Shown in pieces: positions 29,497 through 40,918 of a stretch of DNA of 64,000 nt (position 1 is the first letter of the stretch; the number at the start of each line of letters is the position of its first letter). A program made the translations under genes and the position numbers. The notes beneath the pieces are model-generated. The model saw only the letters and a list, made by a program, of their open reading frames with translations, had not been told where the DNA came from and did no database searches. The stretch is from Cyanobacteriota bacterium (GTDB taxonomy: Bacteria > Cyanobacteriota > Cyanobacteriia > Cyanobacteriales > Nostocaceae): NCBI GenBank assembly GCA_046045965.1, contig JBJOKS010000013.1, positions 32,001-96,000 on the forward strand. Reading direction: 5' to 3'.

Positions 29497-32400
29497 ATGA
29501 GCATCATTCAGGTTGGTTCATTAGTGCATTCTCAGATTAATAGGTACGGTATCGGTAAGGTAGAAGAAATATATGCTACCGAAGCGAAAATAGAATATTT
29601 CCATTCTGTGAGTCAGCGTATATCCGAAATTTTACCTTTAGATACCCTATCTCACATCACGCTACAAAATCAAACTCGCTGTTATGTTTACCAAGAAACC
29701 CAATCTAGATGGATCACAGGTAGAATCTTCAATTGGGATCAAGAAAAACAAAAATATGAAGTTCACTTACCTGATAAAAAAGTTATTTTTGTAAGCGAAG
29801 AGGAAGTATCTGTACGTTGCAATCTTCCCTCAGTAAATCCGGTGGAAACTTTGGCTATAAAATGCCAAGAGACTCCGTATTTTCATGAAAGAAGATTAAA
29901 TTTTATGGAATCTTTAATTTCCCAACGTGCTGCTTGTCGGGGAATGACAGGATTAATTTCTGCTAATATCACACTTTATCCGCATCAAGTTGAAGTTATT
30001 CGTCGAGTTTTGGAAGATCCCATACAACGCTATTTATTAGCAGATGAGGTTGGATTAGGAAAAACCATAGAAGCTGGGGTAATTTTACGTCAATATCTTT
30101 TAGATGAAAAAAAAGGTCATGCAGTAGTTATTGTACCATCTTATTTATTAGGACAATGGCAGCAGGAATTAGAGCAAAAATTTTATATAGCTGATTTTTC
30201 TAAGCGAGTTGCAGTAATTACTATTGATGATCTCAAAAAAATTAATCCCAAAGTTAAGCTTGGTTTAGTAATTATCGATGAAGCTCATCATATTGCAGGT
30301 TTGGCAAATTCGCGAGATCCTATCCAAATGCAAAAATTTGAGCTTTGTCAACAAATTTGTCATCAGAGCGATCGCTTACTTTTATTATCAGCAACTCCCG
30401 TATTACATCATGAGCATGATTTCTTATCTATGCTGCATTTACTCGATCCGATGAATTATAAACTCAGTGATTTAGATGATTTTCGGAGCAAGATAGAAAA
30501 TCGTCAACAAATCGGCAGAATTTTACTTTGTTTCCGGGAAGGTGCAAAATCTTTTGTAATTAAATCTAATTTAAAACAACTGCGTAATTTATTCACCGAA
30601 GATGAATATTTGCTGAGTTTAGTTGATAATTTAGAAACTTGTTTGCAAGAAAATTCCTCTAATACAGATGAGATTATTCGCGCTATTCGTACTCACATTA
30701 GCGAAACATATCGGTTACACAGACGAATGTTGAGAAATCGTCGTGATGTAGTGGAAGATGTAGTTTTTCAACGGGATATTGTACCTAAAGAAGAATATGA
30801 TTTAGATGAGCGATCGCTAGATATTCATGAACTAATTGAACAATGGCGCGAACTAGCACCACAAACGGTAGAATATCAACGGATATTTGTATTATTAGTT
30901 CTAGCTTCTGGGACTTGGTTAGGTATTTTAGAACAAGTAATTAATGCTAGATTAAATGGTGAAAAATCAAATACACTGATTCAGGAATTTGGAGCAAAAG
31001 ATACCAAAATCTTAACAGAAACTCCCAAGTTTACTGAGGAATTAGAAATATTGCCATCCTTAGTGAAGATAATTAAGCAAAGTTCAGAGGAAGGAGAACG
31101 GATCAACCATTTACAAACATTGATTTTAAATCACTTAGGAATTTATTGTAAATTACCTGCAAGTGTTTTGAAAAATAAGCGAGAATTATTAACAAGGATA
31201 CAGCAGAGAATCCATAGACCAGTTGATTGTTTATTTCCAAAAATTGTCATATTTACATCTTTTTATCAAAGCTGTAAAGAAATAGTTAAATATTTAACCA
31301 ACAGCTTGGGAGAAAATGCAGTAGTTAGTCATCAATTGGAACATTCTCAACAACAAATAGAGCAGAATTTAAGTAAATTCAAAAATGATCCTAACTGCTT
31401 TATTTTGGTGTGTGATCGCACAGGAGAAGAAGGACATAACCTACAATTTGCAGACTGGTTAATTCATTTTGATTTACCTTTTTCTCCCAACCAACTAGAA
31501 CAAAGAATTGGTAGATTTGATCGCATCGGTGGTAAAATCAAATATCAATCCTTTGTATTTTTGGGGATCTTTTCCCAAGATAGTCCTCATAATGCTTGGT
31601 TTCAACTTTTGAAAACTGGTTTTTGTATTTTCCAACAATCAATTGCCAGTTTACAATTTTATGTAGATGGTAAAATATCAGAACTAGAAAAACTCTTATT
31701 TCAAAATGGTGCTACAGGCATATTAGAAATAATTGCACCAATTCAGACAGAAATTCAAGAAGAATTAATCAAAATTAGTGAACAACAAGCACTCGATGAA
31801 ATAGACTCTGTAGATGATAATTCTACGACATATTTTGAAGAATTAGATAACTATGATGCTAACCACAAACAAATACAAGCAACAGCAGAAGATTGGATTT
31901 GTCAAACATTAAATTTTCGTCGTAGTCAAGACATAGACAAAGAAGGAGTATTTAACTATTATCCCGGTAAAAATACCATCATTTCTGTTGATGAACTGCA
32001 AACACATTTCCATAAATCTATTAATAATGTTGGTACTTATAACCGCAGAATTGCCAATCAAAACACCAACATTAAATTATATAGAATTGGTGAAAACTTC
32101 ATAGATTCATTTGCTTCTTATCTCCGTTGGGATGATCGAGGACAAAGTTTTGCTTTTTGGAGATATGTACCATCTTGGAGTCAGACAGAAGATCAAGAAT
32201 GGTTTGGTTTTCAGTTTAATTACATTATCGAAACCGATTTATCCCAATGTACTAAAAATCCCTCAAAATTACCAGCTATTCGCAGATTAACAGATGGCTT
32301 ATTTCCACCTATTTTAAAAACCATATTTATTGATGCTCGCTGTGAACCGATGTCTATAGTGGAAGATGGAGAATTATTAACTATTTTGCAAACTCCATTT

Positions 32401-32769
32401 AAAGACAGAAACAGTCCATACAAAGATTACAATATAGCCAAAGAACGTCTATTTGTTCTTGATGAATTTATTGATTCTCATCAATGGACTAATTTTTGTT
32501 ATCGTGCTAGTCAATCAGCATTAAACCTGCTACATCAAAATCCAGATTTTCAACAAGCATCTGAATTAAGTGCTAAACGTGCCGAACAAAAACTTGGTAA
32601 AAGATTAGAACAACTGCGGTTAAGAAACCAAAACAATAATCAAAATCCAGAAGAAATAATCACAGAAAAAGAATTAAATCAAGCCATAATTGCAGGAATT
32701 AAAAAACCGCATATTCGGCTTGATTCTGTTGGGTTTATTGTAATTTCTGGACGCAATCTCAAGTTGTAA
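29497..32769 (+). CDS. dpdE: SNF2/RapA-like helicase, DpdE-like
   Basis: LADEVGLGKT, IDEAH, LSATP and QRIGRFDR motifs; size and gene order match dpdE. Confidence 0.75.
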   Translation: MSIIQVGSLVHSQINRYGIGKVEEIYATEAKIEYFHSVSQRISEILPLDTLSHITLQNQTRCYVYQETQSRWITGRIFNWDQEKQKYEVHLPDKKVIFVSEEEVSVRCNLPSVNPVETLAIKCQETPYFHERRLNFMESLISQRAACRGMTGLISANITLYPHQVEVIRRVLEDPIQRYLLADEVGLGKTIEAGVILRQYLLDEKKGHAVVIVPSYLLGQWQQELEQKFYIADFSKRVAVITIDDLKKINPKVKLGLVIIDEAHHIAGLANSRDPIQMQKFELCQQICHQSDRLLLLSATPVLHHEHDFLSMLHLLDPMNYKLSDLDDFRSKIENRQQIGRILLCFREGAKSFVIKSNLKQLRNLFTEDEYLLSLVDNLETCLQENSSNTDEIIRAIRTHISETYRLHRRMLRNRRDVVEDVVFQRDIVPKEEYDLDERSLDIHELIEQWRELAPQTVEYQRIFVLLVLASGTWLGILEQVINARLNGEKSNTLIQEFGAKDTKILTETPKFTEELEILPSLVKIIKQSSEEGERINHLQTLILNHLGIYCKLPASVLKNKRELLTRIQQRIHRPVDCLFPKIVIFTSFYQSCKEIVKYLTNSLGENAVVSHQLEHSQQQIEQNLSKFKNDPNCFILVCDRTGEEGHNLQFADWLIHFDLPFSPNQLEQRIGRFDRIGGKIKYQSFVFLGIFSQDSPHNAWFQLLKTGFCIFQQSIASLQFYVDGKISELEKLLFQNGATGILEIIAPIQTEIQEELIKISEQQALDEIDSVDDNSTTYFEELDNYDANHKQIQATAEDWICQTLNFRRSQDIDKEGVFNYYPGKNTIISVDELQTHFHKSINNVGTYNRRIANQNTNIKLYRIGENFIDSFASYLRWDDRGQSFAFWRYVPSWSQTEDQEWFGFQFNYIIETDLSQCTKNPSKLPAIRRLTDGLFPPILKTIFIDARCEPMSIVEDGELLTILQTPFKDRNSPYKDYNIAKERLFVLDEFIDSHQWTNFCYRASQSALNLLHQNPDFQQASELSAKRAEQKLGKRLEQLRLRNQNNNQNPEEIITEKELNQAIIAGIKKPHIRLDSVGFIVISGRNLKL

Positions 32770-32796
32770 TTTCAGATTCAACTGTGGTACTGAACA

Positions 32797-35286
32797 ATGA
32801 CAGAATCATTTATTAAAATGCGAGAAATTCTGAAAAATGCTAATATTCCTCAAGATGTAGATATTAGTAATTTTCCAGAACTTTGTTATCAACGGTTATT
32901 TAATGCTCTAAAATCTACATCAGGAACAGGAGACATAGCGAGTTTAATCCGTCATATTTTGCGATTTGAAGATGAAAAACAAGGGGGAAATTCTCAAACA
33001 TTATTACAAATTCCTAAAAAACCTAACTTTCCCCAGCGAGAAATTTGGGAAGATTGCGGGATGAATATAGTACGGGAAAATGAAGATAATTATCTCATTA
33101 CTGCTAATTATTGGCAACCAAAATGGCTAGATAATACAGATAAATATCCCCCTGATAGACCATTATTTGCAGAATCACCACGTCGTAATTATCAACCTGT
33201 TAATGGTGATCCATTTTTAAAAAAATTACAGTTAAATCAATATCGCAGTATTGGACAAAGAGAAGCGATTAGAGCAATTTTAACAGCACCAGAAAAATCA
33301 ACTTTAATCATTAACTTACCTACAGGATCAGGTAAAAGTTTATGCGCTCACTTACCAGCTTTATTAACGGATCAAAATCATGGTGTAAGTATTGTAGTTG
33401 TTCCCACAGTTGCTTTAGCAATAGATCAAGAAAGAGCATTAAAACCGTTTATTGATCATCCTACAGCTTATTATAGTGATGATTCCGAACAAGGACAAAT
33501 CAGAAGACAAGAAATACGCAAACGGATTTTCCAAGGAACACAAAAAATAATTTTTACTTCACCTGAAAGTTTAATATATAGCCTTTCTAGTTCTATTTAT
33601 GCAGCCGCTAAACAAGGAAAATTAAAATATTTTGTCATAGATGAAGCGCACATCATTGAACAATGGGGTAATGAATTTCGTCCTGCGTTTCAACAACTAC
33701 CAGGTTTAATTAGAGATTTATTAAAACTTACATCATTTACCACATTATTACTAACTGCAACATTAACACGATCTTGTTTAGATACTTTAGAATCATTATT
33801 TGGCAATAATTTACAAAATAATCTACAAGTTATATCTGCTGTTCAACTACGTCCAGAACCAGCATTTTGGTTTAAATACTGTAAAAGTCAAGCGGAGAGA
33901 AAAGAAAGACTAATTGAAGCAGTATATCATTTACCAAAACCCCTAATTATTTATACTACAAAAATAGCTGATGTGAAATATTGGAAGCAAGAATTATATA
34001 ATGCTGGATTTAAACGTTTAGGAATAATGACTGGTGAATCTAGCAAAGAAAAACGTCATGAAATTTTAGAAAATTGGCAACAAAAAAACATAGATATAGT
34101 CATAGCAACTTCAGCATTTGGTTTAGGTGTAGATCAAAGTGATGTTCGTGCAGTTATTCATCTTTGTATTCCTGAAAATATCAACCGATTTTATCAAGAA
34201 GTTGGTAGAGGTGGAAGAGATGGAAATGCTTGTTTATCACTGACATTGTATACAGATGAAGATTTTGATATAGCAAAAAAATTAAATGATGATTCTCCTA
34301 TCACAATTGAAAGAGGTTATCAACGTTGGTACAATATGTTTACTCATAAAGAAATATTGAGTAACGGTAAATTTAGAGTTAATATCAATCTTCCTCCTTC
34401 TTGGGAAGAAAAAGATATTGACATGACTAGCGATGAAAATAGAGCTTGGAATTTGAGAACATTAACATTATTGCAACGATCGCAAATAATTGATATTGAG
34501 TCAGAATCTAACTTTAATCAAATCAATAATACCTGTTTAATTTCCATCAAAAATGAAGAACATTTAGATCAATATATTTGGGAAACTCAAATTGAACCAT
34601 TAAGAATACAGCGTCAAAAGTGGAGTTATCAAATCTACCAACTGATGGAAGAAGCTCTCAACCCTAAACGCTGTATTTCTGAAATATTCACCCAAGCTTA
34701 TAGCATTCCTGCGCGTCATGGTGCATACCCTAGAAAAGCGGTCAAAGTTGCTCCCGCTTGTGGGGGTTGTCCTGTATGTCGGCAAAATAATAGACAGCCT
34801 TTTCAGCAAATTATGCCTTCACCTAGTCCTGTTTGGAAAAAACCTAAATTTCAACTTGGTACTAAGTTACAAAATTTGTTGTTAGATGAAAAATTGTTAC
34901 TAATTTTTTATAAATCTTTAAGTCAAAATACGCACAAAAACCTAAATAGTGTATTAAAATGCTTTATAGAACAAGGTATTATAAATATCGTGATTTCACC
35001 AGAATTTACAGAAATATCACTGTACTGGCAGGAGATCACATCAATAGTATTTTTATGGGAAAAATATCAACCTTGGCAAATGCCACAAGTTCCTACATTA
35101 ATTTTTCATTCTCCAGGAGAAAAACCTGATATTTACTTAACTCAAAATAGCAAATTTACAGCACCAAGAATCATTTTACTACCTTTAGATACTCCAGATC
35201 CTAGTCGTATGGATAGAAATTTAATAGATATTTTCCCAGGAAGACAGTTGAAATTTGACGTTTTTTGTCAGGAGATTAATATATGA
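32797..35286 (+). CDS. dpdF: RecQ-like SF2 helicase, DpdF-like
   Basis: LPTGSGKS, DEAH, TAT, ATSAFGLGVD, YQEVGRGGRDG and Zn-like CGGCPVC motifs. Confidence 0.75.
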   Translation: MTESFIKMREILKNANIPQDVDISNFPELCYQRLFNALKSTSGTGDIASLIRHILRFEDEKQGGNSQTLLQIPKKPNFPQREIWEDCGMNIVRENEDNYLITANYWQPKWLDNTDKYPPDRPLFAESPRRNYQPVNGDPFLKKLQLNQYRSIGQREAIRAILTAPEKSTLIINLPTGSGKSLCAHLPALLTDQNHGVSIVVVPTVALAIDQERALKPFIDHPTAYYSDDSEQGQIRRQEIRKRIFQGTQKIIFTSPESLIYSLSSSIYAAAKQGKLKYFVIDEAHIIEQWGNEFRPAFQQLPGLIRDLLKLTSFTTLLLTATLTRSCLDTLESLFGNNLQNNLQVISAVQLRPEPAFWFKYCKSQAERKERLIEAVYHLPKPLIIYTTKIADVKYWKQELYNAGFKRLGIMTGESSKEKRHEILENWQQKNIDIVIATSAFGLGVDQSDVRAVIHLCIPENINRFYQEVGRGGRDGNACLSLTLYTDEDFDIAKKLNDDSPITIERGYQRWYNMFTHKEILSNGKFRVNINLPPSWEEKDIDMTSDENRAWNLRTLTLLQRSQIIDIESESNFNQINNTCLISIKNEEHLDQYIWETQIEPLRIQRQKWSYQIYQLMEEALNPKRCISEIFTQAYSIPARHGAYPRKAVKVAPACGGCPVCRQNNRQPFQQIMPSPSPVWKKPKFQLGTKLQNLLLDEKLLLIFYKSLSQNTHKNLNSVLKCFIEQGIINIVISPEFTEISLYWQEITSIVFLWEKYQPWQMPQVPTLIFHSPGEKPDIYLTQNSKFTAPRIILLPLDTPDPSRMDRNLIDIFPGRQLKFDVFCQEINI

Positions 35287-36173
35287 GTGTCTTAAAAACT
35301 GAAAAAGCTATACCTAGTCGTATTCAGGCAATATTTAAATATTTACTGCATCAAAAACAACAGAGGGAGAAAAGGGAGAATTTAGAAAAAATCCTTTCTC
35401 CTGATAAATTAGTCGAAGGAAAGTATAAACCTCGTCCCATGTTTACTGATTCCTTACAAGAAAGTATTAAATGTGGATTATTAATAAGAGATGAGGATGA
35501 AATTGCCATTAATCCTGAATTACCAGAAAATGCTAGAAGTCCTGTAAATGGTTATCAACTATTACCGGATACTTTAGCTCATTTATTATTGGAATCTAAT
35601 AATAAAGATGAAGAAGATTTTGGTATTGTTTGTGCTTGGTTTTTGGCACAAGATATATATGAATCCTCTGGAAAATGGAAAGAATTTCAATATATGGTGA
35701 CAGATCAGGGAGTTTCTGAATCATTAGACTTAAAAATGTCTAGTGGTACACTTGCTGGTCAAATGGATGACTGGATGTGTTATTTAGGTTTTGCTTGGGG
35801 TCATGCTTTAGGAGGAACAAGAATTATCGTACCCGATCCTACAGCATATCTTAAACGTAATCTCAAACACTTATTTAATCCAGAAGATAATTATAAAATT
35901 CCTATCCACAATTTTATAGATAGATTAGCGAAAAAATGTCCTTTGTTTGAAACCGGAAAATTTAGAGATATCATAGAAGACAATATTGGTTATCGGAAAC
36001 CCAATTATTTATCAACCAGTACCGCTTTTGCTTTATTTCGTCTGCAATATGAAGGTTATATTCAGCTTATTAGAGAATCAGATGCGGATTTAATTCTACT
36101 ACCAAAAGCAAATAATGAAATTGATGATAGTAGTAAAATTTCTCATATTGTTTGGAAAGGTGAAAAATCATGA
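35283..36173 (+). CDS. dpdG: DpdG-like protein
   Basis: 296 aa; ATGA overlaps with both neighbours; position between DpdF- and DpdH-like genes. Confidence 0.65.
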   Translation: MSVLKTEKAIPSRIQAIFKYLLHQKQQREKRENLEKILSPDKLVEGKYKPRPMFTDSLQESIKCGLLIRDEDEIAINPELPENARSPVNGYQLLPDTLAHLLLESNNKDEEDFGIVCAWFLAQDIYESSGKWKEFQYMVTDQGVSESLDLKMSSGTLAGQMDDWMCYLGFAWGHALGGTRIIVPDPTAYLKRNLKHLFNPEDNYKIPIHNFIDRLAKKCPLFETGKFRDIIEDNIGYRKPNYLSTSTAFALFRLQYEGYIQLIRESDADLILLPKANNEIDDSSKISHIVWKGEKS

Positions 36174-39100
36174 CTTTTACAAAATTCGTTTGTTGGAATT
36201 TAGCAAATGTCCGTCAAGTGATGGATGTGGAAGCAACACAACCACCAAATCACATCTTTTTAGCTACCCATTATCCTATTAAGATGTATCGCAAGGAATT
36301 AATTAAAGCAAATGTATCAGGAATACCTTATAATGAGGAACAATTTTTAAAAGACTTTCTTGCAGAAAAGGACTTTGCTTTTGTACCAGTTTTAGGAAAT
36401 TCTGGTACTGGAAAATCTCATTTAATTCGTTGGTTAGCTGCTAAAATTCCATCAACAAATAAAAGAAGAGTATTATTAATTCCTAAAATTGGTACTAATT
36501 TAAAAGATATCATTAATTTGATTCTCCAAGATATGCAGGGAGAAAAATTTGATGAATATCGTCAGCGTGTGAATAAAGCTACAAATACATTAACAGAAAC
36601 TCAAGCAAGAGTACAATTACTGAATCAACTCGCAGCAGCAGTAGGTGATCATGGTCAACGAGATAAAAGTCAGTTAACAGAAGAGGAAATTTATTTAATT
36701 GAAAATTTAGATTCTTTATTATATGATCCATTTTTTCGCGAGTATTGGTTAAAAGATGATAGTATTATTGACCGTTTGGTTATTCATATTTTAGGGAAAA
36801 ATAACCAAATAGAAATTATTGAAGAAAGAAGGAAGTTTTCTTTACAAGATTTACCGTTAAATGTTCTAAATTTACAAAAAGCTGGAGCTAAAGCACAGGA
36901 ATTTTATGGTTTTCTGATTAGTGATGATGATATACAAAAAGCAACTATAGATTGGTTAAATAAACATCTGGATACAGCTATTACACAAGTTTTAAATTTA
37001 GGTCGTGAAGACTTAAAAACGTTAATGCGAGACGTGCGAGAAACTTTAGCAGAACAAGGAATTGAATTAGTTTTATTGATAGAAGATTTTGCAAAATTAC
37101 AAGGTATTGACCGAGAAGTATTAGAAGCTGTTTTAGCTAAACCCCAACAACCAGGAAGTAAACCTTTATCTGCAATGAGAACAGCGTTAGCTTGTACAAC
37201 TGGTTATTTTAAAGATTTAGATACTGTGCAACAACGGTTTACTTTTAGTGTTGACTTAGATGTTAATTTAGACATTGAAAACAATGATGAACAATCTTTA
37301 ATTACTGATATTGATATTCAAAAATTTACAGCTAATTATCTCAATGCTGTACGTTTAGAAGATGGGGAGATTTTACATTCAATAAATTATCAAGAACCTC
37401 TCAAAAATGCTTGTGATGACTGTGAACATCGTACCCCCTGTCATGCTGGTTTTGGTGCTGTTAATAATGTGGGATTATATCCCTTTAATAGTATTGCTTT
37501 AAAACAGATGTTTACTAAAGTTAATCAGAAAGAATTTACTAAGGAAACTAATATTCGCTTTTTGTTTAATCCCCGCATTCTGATTAAAGATGTCCTCAAA
37601 TACACTTTAGAAAATGGATTAAATAATATTGAAAATGGTCGTTTTCCCTCCCCTGCGCTACAAACACATTTTGGAAGAATGCGATTAAGTGCCATCATAC
37701 AACAAGATATTGAAACTAAAGATCCGCAAAATTATAATCGTCGTTTAGTGCTTTTGGATTTGTGGGATAATGGTAATCAATTATGTGATTTACCTCCTGA
37801 ATTACACACAGCTTTTAATTTACCTCCTTTAGGATTAACAATTACACAAAATAAACAATCTGAGCAAAACAAATCTGTAGTTAAAGAATCAAAGCAAAAA
37901 TCAGAATATAAAACTAACTCTGAACCTCTTGTTACTGCTGTAGAAGTTCCAGAAATACCTAAACATTTATTAGAAAAACTGAAAGTTTTAGATAATTGGA
38001 ATAATCAAAATATTTTACCACAAGAAATAGGTGGTAATCTGCGTAAACCTATTTTTGATGCGATTATTAATCGTATACAGTGGGAAAATGAGATGTTACT
38101 AAGAACAACATTTGCTAGTAGTTCTAGCAAGTATTTTAAACAAGGAAATATAGAATTTGATAGTCCTAGAAAGACTAGAAGAAATATTTCTGGTGTCAAA
38201 TTAACACTTCCTCTTAACCCAGATGATCGTCAAGATTTCCGGGATACTGCTATAGCTTTTCAGGGAATTTTATTATTTGAACATTATCAAAGCTGGAATT
38301 TTAAAGATAGCGATCGCTATTTCCTTACCTACAGCAAACAACTAGAAAAATGGTGTCAATACATCTTAGAAGCAATTCGTCTTTATCCCCGTGAATCTGG
38401 AGAACTTTGGAATCCTGTACCCGCAGCAGTGGAATTATTAGCAATTACCGCTACTATGTCAGGAAATGATACTACTTCTATAGATAAATTGATCAATGCT
38501 TTGTTTCTGGAAATAGATGATAAGAATAACCTCTATCGTGCTGCTAGTTGGAAAAAATTATTTAATACACTGCAAAGATACCAAAGCGAATTATTAGCAA
38601 TTCTTACCAGTCGCATTGCTTGTACTAAAGGAAGTTCTAAAGACTTTCAAATTATTGATTCTACTCAAATTATTGAACCATTAACAAAAATCATCAAATC
38701 AGGAAAACCAGAAGCAGAAATTCCTAATGATTGCGAATATGATATTTTCGATCCAATATATAAAGCACGCAAGCAAGTAGATCAACTACTAGAAACAGCA
38801 ATTAATGAAGAAACTACAAGACAATTAGAGATTTACCAACTACTATTATCAGAACTGGGAGAAAATTTTAAGAAAAAAGATGTGATAGAAAAATTAAAAA
38901 CTGCCATAGCAAAAGCAAGAGAAGCGGCAGTATTTTGCGGTAAGAAAAAACCTGATGAAATTACAGAATTATTAGAACAGTTTCAGCGCAATCGGATTTC
39001 TAAATATATGGAATCTATGCAGCGTTTACAGTCTGAAAAAGAAAATCCAAATATCAATCAAGGAAAAATATTACAATATCTAGCTGAAGATTATCAAAAA

Positions 39101-39289
39101 GTGATGACAGATACACAGAATTTTATTGATCATAATAATAACTTTCTTGATGCGTCTTTAAATGAAGTACAACAAAATATCCAACAACTAGAAAATACTG
39201 ATGGTGTTACTGTAGAAAATACCTATGGAATCATCGAAAATGGTTTAACTAATCTCCGATCTTTAATTTTAGAACTAAAAGGATCATAA
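36170..39289 (+). CDS. dpdH: Large P-loop ATPase, DpdH-like
   Basis: Walker A GNSGTGKS, Walker B LLIED, Cys cluster CDDC...C; 1039 aa. Confidence 0.72.
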   Translation: MTFTKFVCWNLANVRQVMDVEATQPPNHIFLATHYPIKMYRKELIKANVSGIPYNEEQFLKDFLAEKDFAFVPVLGNSGTGKSHLIRWLAAKIPSTNKRRVLLIPKIGTNLKDIINLILQDMQGEKFDEYRQRVNKATNTLTETQARVQLLNQLAAAVGDHGQRDKSQLTEEEIYLIENLDSLLYDPFFREYWLKDDSIIDRLVIHILGKNNQIEIIEERRKFSLQDLPLNVLNLQKAGAKAQEFYGFLISDDDIQKATIDWLNKHLDTAITQVLNLGREDLKTLMRDVRETLAEQGIELVLLIEDFAKLQGIDREVLEAVLAKPQQPGSKPLSAMRTALACTTGYFKDLDTVQQRFTFSVDLDVNLDIENNDEQSLITDIDIQKFTANYLNAVRLEDGEILHSINYQEPLKNACDDCEHRTPCHAGFGAVNNVGLYPFNSIALKQMFTKVNQKEFTKETNIRFLFNPRILIKDVLKYTLENGLNNIENGRFPSPALQTHFGRMRLSAIIQQDIETKDPQNYNRRLVLLDLWDNGNQLCDLPPELHTAFNLPPLGLTITQNKQSEQNKSVVKESKQKSEYKTNSEPLVTAVEVPEIPKHLLEKLKVLDNWNNQNILPQEIGGNLRKPIFDAIINRIQWENEMLLRTTFASSSSKYFKQGNIEFDSPRKTRRNISGVKLTLPLNPDDRQDFRDTAIAFQGILLFEHYQSWNFKDSDRYFLTYSKQLEKWCQYILEAIRLYPRESGELWNPVPAAVELLAITATMSGNDTTSIDKLINALFLEIDDKNNLYRAASWKKLFNTLQRYQSELLAILTSRIACTKGSSKDFQIIDSTQIIEPLTKIIKSGKPEAEIPNDCEYDIFDPIYKARKQVDQLLETAINEETTRQLEIYQLLLSELGENFKKKDVIEKLKTAIAKAREAAVFCGKKKPDEITELLEQFQRNRISKYMESMQRLQSEKENPNINQGKILQYLAEDYQKVMTDTQNFIDHNNNFLDASLNEVQQNIQQLENTDGVTVENTYGIIENGLTNLRSLILELKGS

Positions 39290-39291
39290 AT

Positions 39292-40017
39292 ATGTTAGTC
39301 GAAAAAGCAGATGAATTAATTCAATTATCTCAACGTAAAATTAAACTCCAAGAATATGCAAAAAATCTAGAAGCTTTTCAAACAAGACAAGAGCAAATTA
39401 ATAAAATGAACAGCGAATTACAACCAATAGTTGACGCTGTAAATACTTTTCGAGAGCAGCAAATTAGTAATTTTACCTTAGATCCAACTTTACAACAAAA
39501 GTTAGATCAGCTTTTGAATGATATTATCCAAGCTGAGGATAACTTTAATGTAAATCATATTTGGATTATTGATAATGAGAATTTTAATGGCAAAAGTTTA
39601 ATCAGAAGAATAGATTTTTTAAAAGAACAATTAGAAAAACAACTAAAAGCAGCTTGGAAAAATTATTTAACCAAAAATATGCCTAGCACTGATGAAGAAA
39701 TGTTGAATTTATTATCAAAAGTACCAGCATTTAGCTATGATATTCAAACCATCAGACAGTTAGATAAACAAATTAAACAAGTAAATTATCCTCAAGATCA
39801 ATCTCAATTTGAATTTTTAGTGAATAAAATTGAAGATTTAAAAAAGCGTTGGAATAATCTTAGTGCTGATAATGTTCCAGAAAAAGTTGTACAGTTACTC
39901 CGAGCAGCAGCAAACCCAGGAGGAGCATCATTAAATATGTTGACTCCAGAAGTTTTAGAATGGGTAAATAGACATGGTATAGCTAGTTCATTAAGAATTA
40001 GATTAATCTCCCAATAA
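39292..40017 (+). CDS. dpdI: Coiled-coil protein, DpdI-like
   Basis: 241 aa helical protein starting 2 nt after the ATPase; call is positional. Confidence 0.55.
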   Translation: MLVEKADELIQLSQRKIKLQEYAKNLEAFQTRQEQINKMNSELQPIVDAVNTFREQQISNFTLDPTLQQKLDQLLNDIIQAEDNFNVNHIWIIDNENFNGKSLIRRIDFLKEQLEKQLKAAWKNYLTKNMPSTDEEMLNLLSKVPAFSYDIQTIRQLDKQIKQVNYPQDQSQFEFLVNKIEDLKKRWNNLSADNVPEKVVQLLRAAANPGGASLNMLTPEVLEWVNRHGIASSLRIRLISQ

Positions 40018-40156
40018 TACTAGTATCAATCTCCTAAAATCTTCTTTATAAAGGGGGACTAAATTACTTAAATTATCCATGTTTAAGTAAAGGATTTAGG
40101 GGTATCGAAAACTTTATGACACATCACCAACAAATCTTAAAATATCCTCTTAGATA

Positions 40157-40918
40157 TTAATCCAATAAATCTGGTTCTTTTCTTACAATCATCTCATACA
40201 AAGATTGAAAAGAAAACCAACCCAGTGCATGAGAACCAACCTGACCATAGGTAAAACGAGCCGTTTCTGAATCAATAATAACTGGTTTTCCTGCTGCTTC
40301 AGCCATCAATTGAGCTTGACAACAACGATCCATAGCAATAAACCACCATATAGTTTCATCTACTGTATGACCAACAGTTAATAAACCATGATTTCTTAAA
40401 ATAATTGCCTTTTTTTCTCCTAAAGTAGCCGCAATGCGATCGCCTTCCTTAGTCTCATACACCACCCCAGTATAGTCATCAAATAAAGCATGATCTTCAT
40501 AAAAAGCACAAGCATCTTGAGTTATCGGATCAAGCAACCGTCCCAAACTTGACCAACTTTTACCATAAAGTGAATGAGCATGAGCGGCCGCATTTACATC
40601 AGGTCTAGCTTGATGAATTCGGGAATGAATAGCAAAAGCTGCACCATTTACAGGTCTATTTCCTTGAACAACTTCACCTTGATCATTGACTAACAAAAGA
40701 TCAGATACGCGAATATGACCAAAATACATTCCTAATGGATTAACCCAAAAACAATCATCAAATTCAGGATCACGGACTGTAATATGTCCCGCTATTCCTT
40801 CATCAAAATTATAGCGAGCAAATAGGCGAAATGCAGCAGCTAACCGTTGTTTACGGTGTAGTCTTTCATCTTCTACACGCTCAAATTTAGGTGGGTTGGC
40901 AAAGTTCTCATTTGTCAT
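40157..40918 (-). CDS. Class II aldolase/adducin family protein
   Basis: GHITVRDP, IHSRIH, HAHS and LRNHGLLT motifs. Confidence 0.9.
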   Translation of the reverse strand: MTNENFANPPKFERVEDERLHRKQRLAAAFRLFARYNFDEGIAGHITVRDPEFDDCFWVNPLGMYFGHIRVSDLLLVNDQGEVVQGNRPVNGAAFAIHSRIHQARPDVNAAAHAHSLYGKSWSSLGRLLDPITQDACAFYEDHALFDDYTGVVYETKEGDRIAATLGEKKAIILRNHGLLTVGHTVDETIWWFIAMDRCCQAQLMAEAAGKPVIIDSETARFTYGQVGSHALGWFSFQSLYEMIVRKEPDLLD

